Positions 29,216 to 42,176 of a stretch of DNA of 64,000 nucleotides are shown here, piece after piece. The notes beneath the pieces are model-generated. The model made no database searches, was not told the origin of the DNA, and saw only the letters and a program-made list of their open reading frames with translations. A program made the position numbers and the translations under genes. The stretch is taken from contig NC_086374.1 of the NCBI RefSeq assembly GCF_036588685.1, positions 45,384,001 to 45,448,000 on the forward strand. Reading direction: 5' to 3'. The stretch comes from Mytilus trossulus. Taxonomy: Eukaryota. Numbering within the stretch: position 1 is the first letter of the stretch; each line of letters opens with the position of its first letter.

Positions 29216-30593
29216 TTCCTTACTGAAAAAATCAGCCTCCTCCAATCATTCGCTACATTCTGCTGCAAACTTGCAGCAAACACAGAGTCCGTGTTATCGG
29301 CATGTTTGCTGCAAATACGCTGCAGGTCTGCTGCAAACAATTTGCCATGCAAATGAGTGTTTGCTGCAGACCTGCTGCAAACATATTTTTGGAAATCAAT
29401 CGTTCGTCTGTGTGTTCGCTGCAGACATGCTACAAAAAATTATTTGCAAATGGGTGTTTGCCGCAGACCTGCTGCAAACATTCATATGCAAATGAGTGTT
29501 TTCTGTCGACCTGCTGCAAACATATTTTTTTGCAAATCAATCATTCTTCTGCGTGTTAGCTGCAGACATGCTGCAAACATTTATTTGCAAATGAGTGTTT
29601 GCCGCAGACCTGCTGCAAACATATTTATGCAAATTAAACTTTCTCCTGCATGTTTGCTGCAGACCTGGGGCAAACCTTTTTAATCAAATCAATCTGTTAT
29701 ACAATTAACTAATGTCATGTTGTGTACCAATCATTTTATCTATATTATACAGCAAATTCTAAAAACGTTATGTTTCATCCATTCATTAAATAATTCAATT
29801 AAATTATCATTTGAAAAAATATCCTGGCATAAGTTCATACCTCTTAACATGTTTAAGAAGTTAAATTAAGTTCGTTCTCAAATGAATTACATGCATGAGT
29901 CTAAAGTTAAACAAAAGATTTGTTTGACATTTACTTTGCGCATACGTGTATATATATTTATATATACAGCTAATTAAATTCAAATTGTCACAAAATTCAA
30001 CTAGACTTACATATTTCAAGCATAGAGGCAGTACTGTTACAGTATATTATATGGTTACATATTTGAAAATGTATGTTTAACCTTCATGTAGATATCTGTG
30101 GAGGGAATGCATTTCATAAGTTTACATTCTACGATGAATTTGTACTTACAAATAATGTCTTTAAAATCTAATCTGTTAACTGCAAAACTATAATGCCTCC
30201 CTGAACACTAATATATCATGACACAACTATCACCAACATTTTCAAATTTCAAATCTTTATCTTCCAGGAAGTTAACAATAGGCATGCTCAGTCGTTTTTT
30301 GTAGTTTCTTGCATTGCTCTTGCAATTATATAAAATTGTCAAAGATTCCTGCAATCTAGCTGCGAACATCCCTTATATTATAGTTTTTTCTGCAATCTTA
30401 CTGCAAACATATGTGTTTCTGCAAACTTGCCGCAAGCTTGCAGCAAAAAGCTGCAATGTTTGTAGGAGGTTGGCAAGCTAGATGCAAACATCTGCAAACA
30501 TTATTTAAAGGGTTACTGCAAGCTTTTTGTTTGCAACAGACCTGCATCAAGTTTGCAGCAGAGCTGCTGCAAACATTTCAGTTCTGTAAGGAA
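29216..30593. mobile_element. Non-autonomous TIR DNA element with subterminal (CTGCTGCAAAC) repeat arrays
   Basis: Ends TTCCTTACTGAA / TTCTGTAAGGAA are inverted; TCTGCTGCAAACTTG occurs near both ends in inverted orientation; arrays at 29255-29680 and 30345-30580. Confidence 0.75.
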
Positions 30594-30928
30594 TGGTGCA
30601 TCCTCGAGCTCCATCATGGAAACCATTATAAATATGCCCATAAATATTATATCAACAAGGACATGTTTACTCCATATGCAGGTAAAGCCAGAACATAACT
30701 ACGTAGACGCAGGTAGTAATTGAAATATCTTTGTCGTAAGGTTAAGATGTCAATCGACCCTCAGTGTCTATTTATAAATGTAAGCCAAGATATGAGACAG
30801 ACGTGACTGCGTAGAAGAATATTTATGGAAAGCAGTGGATTCATAAACGATTGCCAACGAGTGACTCCAGTCACAAATTGATTATTGTTTTGAAATCCAC
30901 TACTTCCTAAAGATTTACTTACTTAACC

Positions 30929-30965
30929 CGTGGGAGTATTATATTGTCAATATAATACTCCCATG
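30929..30965. repeat. Perfect palindrome with 16-bp arms, possible TIR-only micro-element
   Basis: TGGGAGTATTATATTG-T-CAATATAATACTCCCA flanked by (C/T)TTAACC direct repeats. Confidence 0.85.
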
Positions 30966-32164
30966 TTTAACCCATTTTACGTTAAATGATATCTAACTGA
31001 TAGTTGTGAATATAGACCAGGGTCATTGAATTACAATAACTTAATTTTATGTAATTAAGTGTTGTGTAAGGAAAAAAATACATTTTCGTAATTATATGTG
31101 CATGTTCAGTTAAAAAATACTTTTTTATCCATTATTTGAAGTTTAAAAGAAATCTACTTGAATTTTTTCATGACGATCCCGACAGTTAAGATTTTTAGTT
31201 TTAAAGATACAATTACCTGTACCAAGTCAGGAATATGACAGCTGTTATCCATTCGTTTGATGTGTTTGAGCTTTAGTCTTTTGATAGGCACTTTCCATTT
31301 TGAATTTTCCTTAGAGCTTTTTTGTTTTTGTTTTTCTAACTTTTAGATACAGAGACGATTGTAATCATTCTAGATGTAAACCAGATCAATAATTGGAACT
31401 AACTTGATTGTTTTTCACGACTTAGATATCATTCGAAAATAGTACTTTTGAGTTAATATTTTGTCGGTTAAAATAAACGTTTAAGTTTGAATATAAGTAT
31501 CTCAAGACCGCAATTACTTTTTATTCTGCAAAGGTTGCAACCGGATGTAACCTATTCAGTGACTTTGTTTTAAGATTCCCTTGGAGTCTGTTGTATTGTA
31601 TAGATATAATTCATGTTGTTTTATTTTGAATCTGAAACAATGGTGAAATAAAAAAACACCTTTTTTGTTATTGTACTAGTACAAACACAGGAATTTGTGG
31701 CATGTACCATCCTTTTTATGGCCCCACTGTATCCAATATTTAAATTACAATTTTCTACCAGACATACTTGTAACAATCAAGTAATTGCTACGACACATTT
31801 AGAAGTATTTTATATATATATTGTACTTATACTGTACGTCCCTTCATTGTGTTATTGTTCTATTGTAATTTTTGTATTCTTGTCTTTCATTTTTGCTATT
31901 ATGCTTTGTCTTTATGCCTTATTGTGTTTCTTTTTTACATATGACGTGGCTCTGTACTTAAACATCCCTTCATTGTGATATTGTTCTATGATACAATAAC
32001 AAATATTATCTTTTATCTTTTGTAATACGCTTTGTCTATATGACGGTTTGGTGTTTTTTTCCCCATGAACTGTTGTGTTTGCCTCGGAGTTCAGTATTTT
32101 TGCGAGTTTACTTTTTGCTACTAGTTACTAACATCTACATTTTTTGGTTTCTAGTGGATATCTG

Positions 32165-32990
32165 TTTCAATTTCAATTTGTATACTAGTATTGATAGTGT
32201 GCTGGATAAGAATACTGTTCTACAAATTGAAAATGTTTTATTTAATAAACATATTGCAGATTGGCAAACGGAAATTTTGTCACAGAGTAATGGTAACAAG
32301 CTTCGTACTTATAAGCTATATAAACCCCAATATTGTACAAAGTTATGTTTAAAACATAATATGCCTACTAAATTTAGAAGTGCTTATGCAAAATTTAGAT
32401 GTGGCGTTGCGCCACTTAAAATAGAAACAGGACGATGTGAGAATAAGCCAATAAATGAAAGACGTTGTTTTATGTGTAAAAACAAAATTAAAGATGAGAA
32501 ATATGTAGTTACTTTATGTTCTTTATATGTAGACCTTCGAAATATATTGTATAATGAAGCAGTAAAATATAACGATCGATTTTATAACTTGTCTATCGAC
32601 GAAAAATTTATATTTTTATTCTGTAATGAAGATCTAGGTCAGGTAGTTGCTAAAATCTGCTTTAATATTTTATGTAGAAGAACACATTTTTTTATTTGTA
32701 TATAGCAACTGATGTAGTTTAAATCTTAGATATATGTTGTTTTAAATTATGTAAACTATTGTATATAAATAATCCTTTAATATTAGTCCCTCATAATGCT
32801 TAATAGAATGGCAGTTGAATATGTTTTAGTTTTTTAAAGCTAATTTTATTTTACTGTTAGTTTTAATATATAATATGTTTTATATATGTTATCCAATATT
32901 TCACGTTAAACGCAATGTTTTATAGGTATATTGAAATGTATAATGTTATACAAGTGGTGAGACTTTTAAACTATTAAATCTGAATCTTTC
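32165..32990 (+). mobile_element. 5'-truncated non-LTR retrotransposon (LINE): ORF2 C-terminus, 3'UTR and AATCTG tail
   Basis: ORF 32040..32705 contains KLRTYKLYK...KFRCGVAPLKIETGR...ERRCFMC...KDEKYVVTLC..Y.DLR, the degenerate CCHC-type C-terminal domain of CR1/L2-group (Crack/Daphne-like) ORF2. Confidence 0.85.
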
Positions 32991-35141
32991 AATCCTATCA
33001 CATCTTATATTAGTTATGTACTTTTTCCATCAAACGTTTAACTCAAGTACATATCTTATGATGACATGATTTCAATATAAATAAGCTCGCACAGATAAAT
33101 TATGTACATCCGCTAATGATTAAATTGATTGATAATCAAGATATGTTTTGTCTGATTAATTGACATTTTAACTTTAAAAAAAAAATCAAGTTCCTCTTTA
33201 GAGTATGCATAATTATTTCCTAAACAATTACACCGTATAACATTTATTTTGATTTTGTGAGAATTTCAAGAAAACGTGCAGATAATTTGTTTCACAGGTA
33301 ATTTATTATTCACTTAATCACGATTTAACGGAAGCATGTGCCCACTTTCCATTAAAATTGCATGCAACGTAATTTGAATCTGCATTATTTTGAATGAAAA
33401 TAATGACCCCAATTATATTAATTGTTAAAAAAATGTGTTATAATTACGGTAGTTACAAATTGCATATCCATTTTCAAATGAAAACAATAACTCTTGCTGA
33501 ACTATTTAATACGAATGTAACTTAAGTAGAAGTCGGTCTTCATGATAGCTATAATCCTAATTTTTGCCAATTCTCAAATATGTTTTAGAGTTATGCTTCT
33601 TTTAATATGTTAACAATGCTTGAATTAAATATCCATACTACAACAAAGGAAGCACTTATTCACTTCCCTTTAACTGTTATGGTATCATAGGCAGTATATC
33701 ATGATTAAAACTAACTCGGAGCTATAATTCTGTTAGATTACTAAACTTCCTTCACAATTGGCCACTTCAAAAGGTGACTCGGGAATATAAATATGGTCAC
33801 TTTGGTCATTTTCCGACCGGCAGTAAAATGAGGCCAAAAAATCAAATGCAATGAATATAGACGTTCTTTACAATATAAAAGTTTACACAGGAATATTCAG
33901 AAGAATGTAAAATTTGATAAAAATCTTAGAAACCACGTCCAGCTGTGCCGATCTATTCATTCGTCTCTTTTTTTAGTTTGATAACCAAATTGATAGCATC
34001 TAGCAAAATGAACTCCAGTGTTTATAACATTAATCATCGAGAACTAATCCTAGGCCTTCGATATAAAAAGATACATTTATATTTTATTCAATTGATGGCT
34101 TTAAATTCAAACTTGGCAGCGACATTGTATACAAGTATATTATCAGATGAAAGATACAAAAACGCATATCATTATGTATGTCTCATTTATCAGATTTAAA
34201 TTTTTACAAGGCAGCTACCGAATGTTTTCTTATTAAACCCATTGCATTTCTTACTTGCAGAGGTATAGGGTTATACCCATACTATCCACTAAGTATCTGT
34301 GTCATATATGAAACAAAATGTGATTTTGTTGTTGTCCCTTTCCAGTTCAAGAGATGTTCCATTCCGATTTTAAATGTCATAACATGAAATAAAGAATTCC
34401 AAGGTTAAATAATATTGTAGGAAATAACGACCTCTAAAAGGAAATAAATAAAAAGTAATTACATGTGGAGCCCGATAACCTTAAACTTCTAGAGCACCCG
34501 ATCTCATCTAGTTTTAAATAAAAGGTGTTCCTGTTGCTATTGCTCTAGAATAAGTTATATCTTTGGTATCTTTCGTCCCTCTTTTAAAAATGTTTTACTT
34601 TTTGCTGTTTACTTTTTGTTTAAGTTCGTAATGTTTCTATCGATACCAGTCTTGTCGATCTTATGTCCCAAAAATCTTGTTTCAAATAAAATTTGCTATC
34701 TGGTTAAACATTAGGGTTAGACTATTTACATGATTCATTGATTGCTTCCGATTATGTTAATGTCTCATAGTAAAATAAGAGCTATTTGTAAGCATTCGAA
34801 TGAACTAATAAACATGTTACACATAAGAAGCATGATGGATGATCAGTATTTGCCAACCTTTTAGTCAACCTGTAGTTGGATAGCCCCGTTTATTGGCGGG
34901 GATCATCTTGTACTTGTTTAAGCTGTGTTTTGTAGACTTTTGATTTTATTTTCATCAACATTTTGTTCCATGGCGTTGTCATAGTCTAGCGCCATATCAA
35001 TTAGCATTCGACCTATGGAATTGTATATCCAATTTGAAACTTTCACCTCTCTTCAACGACGATTGCCTTAATCATCTTTGGCACAACATTTTGGAATTTG
35101 TTTTCTTCTTGTTATTTGATTTTTTTACAACTGTTTTTATT

Positions 35142-35188
35142 CGAGCAACTGGTGAGTCTTGATTTAGACGAATCACGCGTCTTTCGTA
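35142..35188 (+). pseudogene. Degenerate family 1 hammerhead relic
   Basis: CTGGTGA-gtct...agac-GAAT-cacgcg-TC: core mutated, but aligns with the 42006 copy. Confidence 0.7.
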
Positions 35189-35314
35189 ATAGTAAGTAAG
35201 CCTGATAATTTTGTATAAGTTTTATATGAGTTTGGCTATTTATTTTAGGTATTTTTGTCATATAGCTCTTCAATGATTTTCGGTATGTATACATTTTTAA
35301 ATGTTTGGCTTTGA

Positions 35315-35356
35315 GCGTTCCTGATGAAGGTTAATCCAGAAAAGCGTTTCGGACGC
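35315..35356 (+). ncRNA. Type I hammerhead ribozyme, family 2 (minimal stem II)
   Basis: gcguuc-CUGAUGA-agg(uuaau)cca-GAAA-agcguu-UC^ggacgc. Stem I has 6 bp (gcguuc/ggacgc); UUC triplet. Confidence 0.8.
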
Positions 35357-38300
35357 ATATAATTAGTAAACGTGTTGTTTTCAGTTTTTACTGTTGATAA
35401 CTTAGTTGAAAGTAAGTATGAACTGTTGACCCTTGTAAAGTAAAATAACTTTCAAAAATAGAAAGTTATTCCACATCATTCAATTTCATGAACTACACGT
35501 TCATCCACTGACACACGAATTCATGTCCCGTTTAGATAACAGTTGTGGTATTCAACAAAATACAAAAGCGAAAGATAAATTTTTGACTTGAAAGCTTAGA
35601 ATAAAATATTCAATGAATAAATGCAGACAATCAAATTAAAAAGCTATAAATAAAATATAATCGAGTGGAAATTTGTTCATCTTCATTGTTTGATCAATAC
35701 GTGATTAACCTTTGGTATTTAGCTATAGCAGTTAACCACTTCCATGCGTATAACCAAGTTTCAATTTAGGAAATACCATCATTATATTCAAAATTACAGA
35801 CAAAAGAAGCTTTCAGTCTCAATAAACCACTGCCGTAAAGGCACACAAATGTGTTATCAACGGTTATACACATCATTATAAATCACAATCCTAGTTTAGA
35901 AAAGAAAAACAGAAGTATGCATTTCAGTATGAAAGCCCGTATTATGCAAAACAATATGTATAATAAGGGATAATGTTCACAACTCGTAACATGTCGACAG
36001 GGACATTAACTCCTTAATGTATACTTGAAAACAATCTTTTAAAAAGACAAAGTATATAGCACGAATGAATCGTTTTAATAAGAGTATTTGTCTAGAATAC
36101 AGGATGAGGCTGATAAAAATAAGGTGTATTAAGATTCTGTTTTCAACTCGACTAAAATTTGATTTTCGTATTTTTTTTTATAATATATATCTCCATATAT
36201 TTATTTTTCATTTCCATCTTTTCTTTTTTAGTCATAATACATGCGGATTATTTTTTTATACGTTGCAAACTTTAATTTAGAAGAACTGTATGGCAAGGTG
36301 AATTATATAAAATGGAAAAATATGTAGTTGATCTAAAAATGAAAGACGTGCGTTGCAAAGGTAGTTACAGTTACAACAATATCAAGAAACACAGAGAGTA
36401 TAATGCAGAAGATAAACTTTCGTTTGATGAATTTCCCTTTTTGGTATTCTTTTGCTTTTACAAGACTCACTTTAAATTGAAACCGATGCTCCGCAATTGC
36501 ATTTTTTTTATTAGAATTGACAGGACCTCATTGATGTCAATTAAGAATTATGACCGTGTCACGTTCGGTTTTACAAACTATCCAGTTCCTACCGTATCAG
36601 TATAATAATGTATAATTTACCGCATGTTTATGCCAAAGCAATTGCTACTCAATGAATGGTATCCTAAAGGGACTGACAGTCAACTTCTAATTGCACTAAC
36701 CAAGTAGTAGATATTCAAACGTATGCAGTGATGTTAAACATGTTCTATATAATAAGGTTGTATGTCCCTCGAAATGAAGAATTTTCACATTGAATGTCCA
36801 GAAAATGTCAAATTATGGCTCATTGGATACTATTTCGGGTGTAAGGAATGTTTTCGTTACAGTCCTCTTTGCTCTGAAACATTTGCTGCTCGTGTAGCTA
36901 AGAGTTTGACTCTATAGCTGACAATGCTTGCTTTGAAGCCAGGAAAACAAATACAATGTAGTTCCCATTTTCACAAACTCAACGAATCTTTGTTCATACA
37001 ATGCACATACTGTGTGTACATTACTATTATTTTCATGCTTATGGTATATCATTAAAATGACTTTAAATTCTTTACTTTCTGAAATGTTAGTTTGAATAAC
37101 AATTTGACCGATATGTCTGCTCATTTGGTTATTGGTTTTCCTTCTTTTTTGAAAAGCGAAGGTAAGTTTGTCTAATTGGAGGATTGAAAGGTTGCACTTT
37201 TAGTAAATACACAGGGGATAAGACTAAACAGTCTTTGATACCCTGTTTTTATATTCAATTGTAAAATTATTTAATTATATAAATAAATTAACAGATGAAA
37301 AAGACGTTTTGCCTCCTTTAGTCAAAATTTGTGTTTTAGAAAAATTCATCTTAATAGATGTACGGTTGATAAAACAAATTGCGTCGAAACTGTGAAACAA
37401 TTATGTTACAATTATAAGAGCTTAAAGTGCATGCTGTAAATCTTATACAAAGTAATAATGAAATATTACTCCTACCTTGTTAATTGAATCAGTTTCATAC
37501 GATACTTCCTGGATTGTCCGTTTCCGATCTCATTTTTCAAACATCAGCGTCAGAAGGCTAGACATGGTTTGAATCACTGTCAGTGTTATTTTATCTGACC
37601 ATAAGTTTATTACAGGATGATGCGGTCACAACAAAATGTTGAATACGTAAGTGCAAAACCGTGTTTAAATCATTTCATGCTTAATTCAAACAGACGAATT
37701 TAACAAAATACTATTTTAAACCTCTACACTGAAACGGTCAACTACATTCATTTCAAAGATCCAATATTTACTACGTGTATTATATCTTTCTTGTCGTCCT
37801 CTGCTGATTTCAAATAAACGGTTTCTAAATTTATTTGAACAACATACTTGCCAATGCATCACTTTAATGTAATATGAGTTTCTTTTCATTTAAATTATAA
37901 AACTTTTTGAAAGAGTTATCCCACATAAGATTTGAAATATGCGTATGTGTTAAATTAAAATTCTACCTTTCCAGGTAGAATTAGTTTTCTACAGTTGAAA
38001 ACAGGTAATTTTTCGACTTGCAACATCTTCATCTCACCTGTAATATAACATATTTAAAGATTTACAATGTGCAGCACATATACAAGTACTATTATACAAA
38101 AGACATTTTTAAACATATCAAGACAGTACCACAAATTACTCAGGGCCTTTTCTAAGTTCCTACATGAATACAAAGAATTGGTTTGAAGTTGGATTGTACC
38201 CATACAAAACTTTATTACGAACAGGATAGTCCAGCCTAGTATATAGATATAGATTTAGTTTACCGAGCCTGGCACTAATTCTAAAAGGTCATCAGTACAA

Positions 38301-38450
38301 CACGGTAATCAGATCTTTAAATATTGTTTTATTGGTATAAATATTGATTTTGTTATCATTTAGTTAAAACCAAAGTAGCTGATATTTTAGTAATTGAGAT
38401 ACATGATAGTTCTGTTAGTTGGCATTGGCTTTTACTAGCTGTCAGTAACA

Positions 38451-38948
38451 CTCAGATATAAACATAGTCTTTTCTGGTTGTGTGGCAGGTCCGTGCTTTT
38501 GTAACTCTCAGATATAAACATAGTGTTTTTGGGTTGTGTGGCAGGTCCATGCTTTTGTAACTCTCAGATATAAACATAGTCTTTTTTGGTTATGTGGCAG
38601 GTCCGTGCACTTTTAACTCTCAGATAGAGGCATAGTGTTTTTTGGTAGTGTGGCAGGTCCGTGATTTTGTAATTCTCAGATATAGACATATAGTTTTTTG
38701 GTTGTGTGGCAGGTCCGTGCTTTTGTAACTCTCAGATATAAACATAGTGTTTTTAGTTGTGTGGCAGGTCCATGCTTTTATAACTCTCAGATATAAACAT
38801 AGTCTTTTTTGGTTGTGTGGCAGGTCCGTGATTTTGTAATTCTCAGATATAAACATAATGTTTTTTGGTTGTGTGGCAGGTCCGTTATTTTGTAATTCTC
38901 ATATATAAACATAGTGTTTTTTGGTTGTGTGGCAGGTCCGTGATTTTG
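38451..38948. repeat. Minisatellite, ~56-bp unit x9
   Basis: CTCAGATATAAACATAGTGTTTTTTGGTTGTGTGGCAGGTCCGTGCTTTTGTAACT. Confidence 0.97.
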
Positions 38949-39099
38949 TTAGATGTTTTCTGCGTTGTATCGATCAATGTTAAATCATATTCCATTGATT
39001 ATTATAGTCTGTTCATAGTTTCTGTTACATTACTAGTTTTGGTCCTTCTGTTTAGGTTATATGCCTCTTTTAACATGTTTTAGTATTTATTTAATCCTT

Positions 39100-39152
39100 G
39101 CTTTCAAACATTTGGTCGAGAGTGTTCCTGATACAGGATAATCCAGACAAGA
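39100..39152 (+). pseudogene. Degenerate family 2 hammerhead relic
   Basis: tttcaaacatttgg..gagtgttc-CTGATAC-aggataatcca-GACA, aligns with 35296-35345. Confidence 0.6.
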
Positions 39153-41570
39153 CTTAGTGCTAGACATCTTTCAAATTTCTTGAGAGTCATTTTCATGTTT
39201 GAAATTGACAAAATCAATGTTGATTGTCTAGAATGAACGACCAATTATTTTCCTGTATATTATACGATTTGTGCCCCGTGAGTATCCACCAAAATAGTTT
39301 TTTTTTCAGTAATGACTGTTGTAAGTGTTTTATGCTAAAATAAAATTAAAACATTGAAGAACATTAAATCAAAGGTCCTAGTGAGAACAGTAAAAGTTGT
39401 CACGCTTCACTTTAACACCTGAATTAATACCGACCCAAAGACGGCATAAAGCGTGATTCGCATGATGCGGTCGGCCCTAGAGGTTCAGAATACACGACTA
39501 AGTCAATTTCATGTTCACATATTCCCTTAACATCATGACTACAGTGATAATCTGTCTAGTCGTGACATATATTCTAGTGTTAACCATCACACAAAGGACG
39601 TTTGTTTTGTCCAGCATCGATTATGCGGTTGCGTCTGCGTTTTATGAAGTATCACCATATGTACGAAGTCACACATAGCTATTGCAAACCTGAATTGGAT
39701 ATGCAATTTCGTTATTGTAAGTGCTTGCCTACACATATAAACATTTTGTTATGAAAAATTGCTCCGTTTAGTATAAAAGAAACATTTCACTTCAATACTG
39801 TTCTGTGTAAGACTTACCTTTCTTTTGGGGTATTTTAATTGCAAAGTTTTATGTAGGTTAGTGATTAGTTTTATTTTACCGAATGTTTTCCTTTTCGAAA
39901 ACTGAAATAGCTCAATCATCATTTTAATTCACACCTGGTGCATTGAAAAGATGCCATTTTGTATTCCTATTATAGGTTAGACATTGATTGTACTTGGTTG
40001 TAACGTGTTTTAAGTTATATATGTATATATAAACCTCAAACTACAAAGAACCACTTATAGGCCAGAAGTCCTTATTTGATACAGAATTTACATGCACAAC
40101 AGTTCCCATTTAGTTTTTTAAGATGCAATTTTCGTTAAAGTAAAACGCAAATTAAAATGTTGACATTGACTATTTGAATTTTTATATAAAAAGGAAAAAG
40201 AAATCAGAAATTAAAATGCCACTGTTCATGACCCTTGTCAGTTGTCTCGCTTTTTTCAGAGTTCATACGATCCCATCAGTTTGTGATTGTCACCTTGACA
40301 AATCATCTGAAATCTGAGCATCGTTACAGAACTATATACATTTGCTTTATGGTATTCGTTAACGGTAAAAAGCCATAAAGAACAAACTTCGTGAGTATAT
40401 CTAGCGACAACTTACCTGACATTACTAAACTGTAAACAATCGCTGGTTCCGATGTGCTGCGTTAAAATCTTTAAGAAACAAATCCCAAAATCATCTCGAT
40501 TCACTTTTGTTATTGCAATTTAACAGATACACCTAAATTTACTATAATGTTCTCATCTTAAATGCTACACAGATGAATTACATGTTTGTTTTCTAGTATG
40601 TTATTGTAGTCAAAGTCATTTCGTTTGACTTTTCATGTTAAAAATCTTTTGAATTCTCAGACAAACCAAACAGTGTCAATTCATTCAATTCTGTAAAAAA
40701 TCGAACATTAACAGACTAATAGATTTCTGCAGGAATAAAAATGGCATATTAGGGATTTAGAGTTCTTTTGAAATCAGTTCTGATTGTTGCTCTCCATGGA
40801 CTTAACAAATTTATCTACCATAGGTTTGATTCACGAAACTGAATGAACAGACGATTAAGATTTACAGCATCGCATTTTGTTTCTGTAATTGACAAAGCAA
40901 GTACAGAAATAGACAAATATTGATTATCAATCAATTTGCTATAATTGTCGGATTACCTCCTCATTATAAAAGCAATAAATGAATTTACAAGTCGATTATG
41001 CAAGAACAGGATCAATCGATAAGTTTTCCAGTCAACGTGAAAATGTCAGCCTAACTAGAAAAATTTGCAAAGTTATTTTAATTTGTCAAAGAAAAAAATC
41101 GAATTTCAATGTATAATTTTGATATTCTTAAGAAATTTATATGAATCGATGTAACATTTGTTTAATGCATTGCCTAATGCACGGTGCGTTCATGGAGCTT
41201 GTGACCTTTTAGTGATATTGTAAGCTTATCTCTTATATAATTATCGCTTTCTGAATTCTGTTTTTTTATAAGGACACCTTGTCACAAAGCAATACAGTGC
41301 ATTACAATTGTATTTTGTTAAATCTCAAGTATTCCTATAATAGAGTCTTAATTACTTTATCTTAGTTCTAGAACCGGACTTATCCACCATAATATAATGT
41401 ATTTGTTTAGAACTATGGAACATTTTTGAGTAATCTCCCATGTTATCAAAAAGGGCATCTTAAAGAATACAGTTACAAAAAGTGTTCAATAAGATAAAGC
41501 TCTCCTAGGAAAGTCTATGAAATTTTCGACAATCAACTTATTAAAACAAGCTTCTTTAAAATCGTAAAAT

Positions 41571-41700
41571 AGTTTGATGAACTGTAATACAGATATAGAT
41601 AAACACAGTAAAAGTTTCATGAACTGTAATACAGAGATAGATAAACACAGTAAAAGTTTCATGAACTGTAATACAGAGATAGATAAACACAGTAATAGTT
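41571..41700. repeat. Tandem repeat, 42-bp unit x3
   Basis: AGTTTCATGAACTGTAATACAGAGATAGATAAACACAGTAAA. Confidence 0.95.
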
Positions 41701-41970
41701 TTTTTTCTGAACATGACACTACCACATATTTTCAGAGTTATCATAGTTTATTTGCTTATTAAATAAATATAACCAAGAAGAATAATTAAGAAAACATATA
41801 GTTTTCGCAAGTTTTGTTGTATGTAAAAACACTCTTCTGGTAATATCTATGGATTTTTATAATATGATATGGCGTAAATAATTACAATTACACACGCTGG
41901 TTTTCTTCGCAATTGCTAAGCACATCTAAGGGACATTTAAATTATAAATGATGGAAATATTGTACAATAC

Positions 41971-42176
41971 AATAGTTATCAAAAGTACCAGGATTATAAT
42001 TTTATACGCCAGACGCGCGTTTCGTCTACACAAGACTCATCAGTGACGCTCAGATCAAAATAGTTAAAAAGCCAAATAAATACAAAGTTGAAGAGCATTG
42101 AGGATCCAAAATTCCAAAAAGTTGTGCCAAATACGGCTAAGGTAATCTACTCCTGGGGTAAGAAAATCCTTAGTAT
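41971..42176 (-). mobile_element. Retrozyme-like HHR-bearing repeat (5'-truncated monomer)
   Basis: Contains the intact HHR. Homologous to 49165-49349(+), 54035-54200(-), 61307-61620(+), 62986-63192(-) and 11031-11140(-); several share the 3' end GGTACCTTTGATAACTATT. Confidence 0.8.
42006..42051 (-). ncRNA. Type I hammerhead ribozyme, family 1, intact
   Basis: Minus strand reads gagcguca-CUGAUGA-gucu(ugugu)agac-GAAA-cgcgcg-UC^uggcgu. Stems I-III pair; GUC triplet; predicted cut at 42012/42011. Confidence 0.92.

Noticed and set aside
38451-38948. CRISPR-like array (also 16231 and 29255 arrays)
   Set aside because: No unique spacers, no cas genes, eukaryotic context; these are simple tandem repeats.
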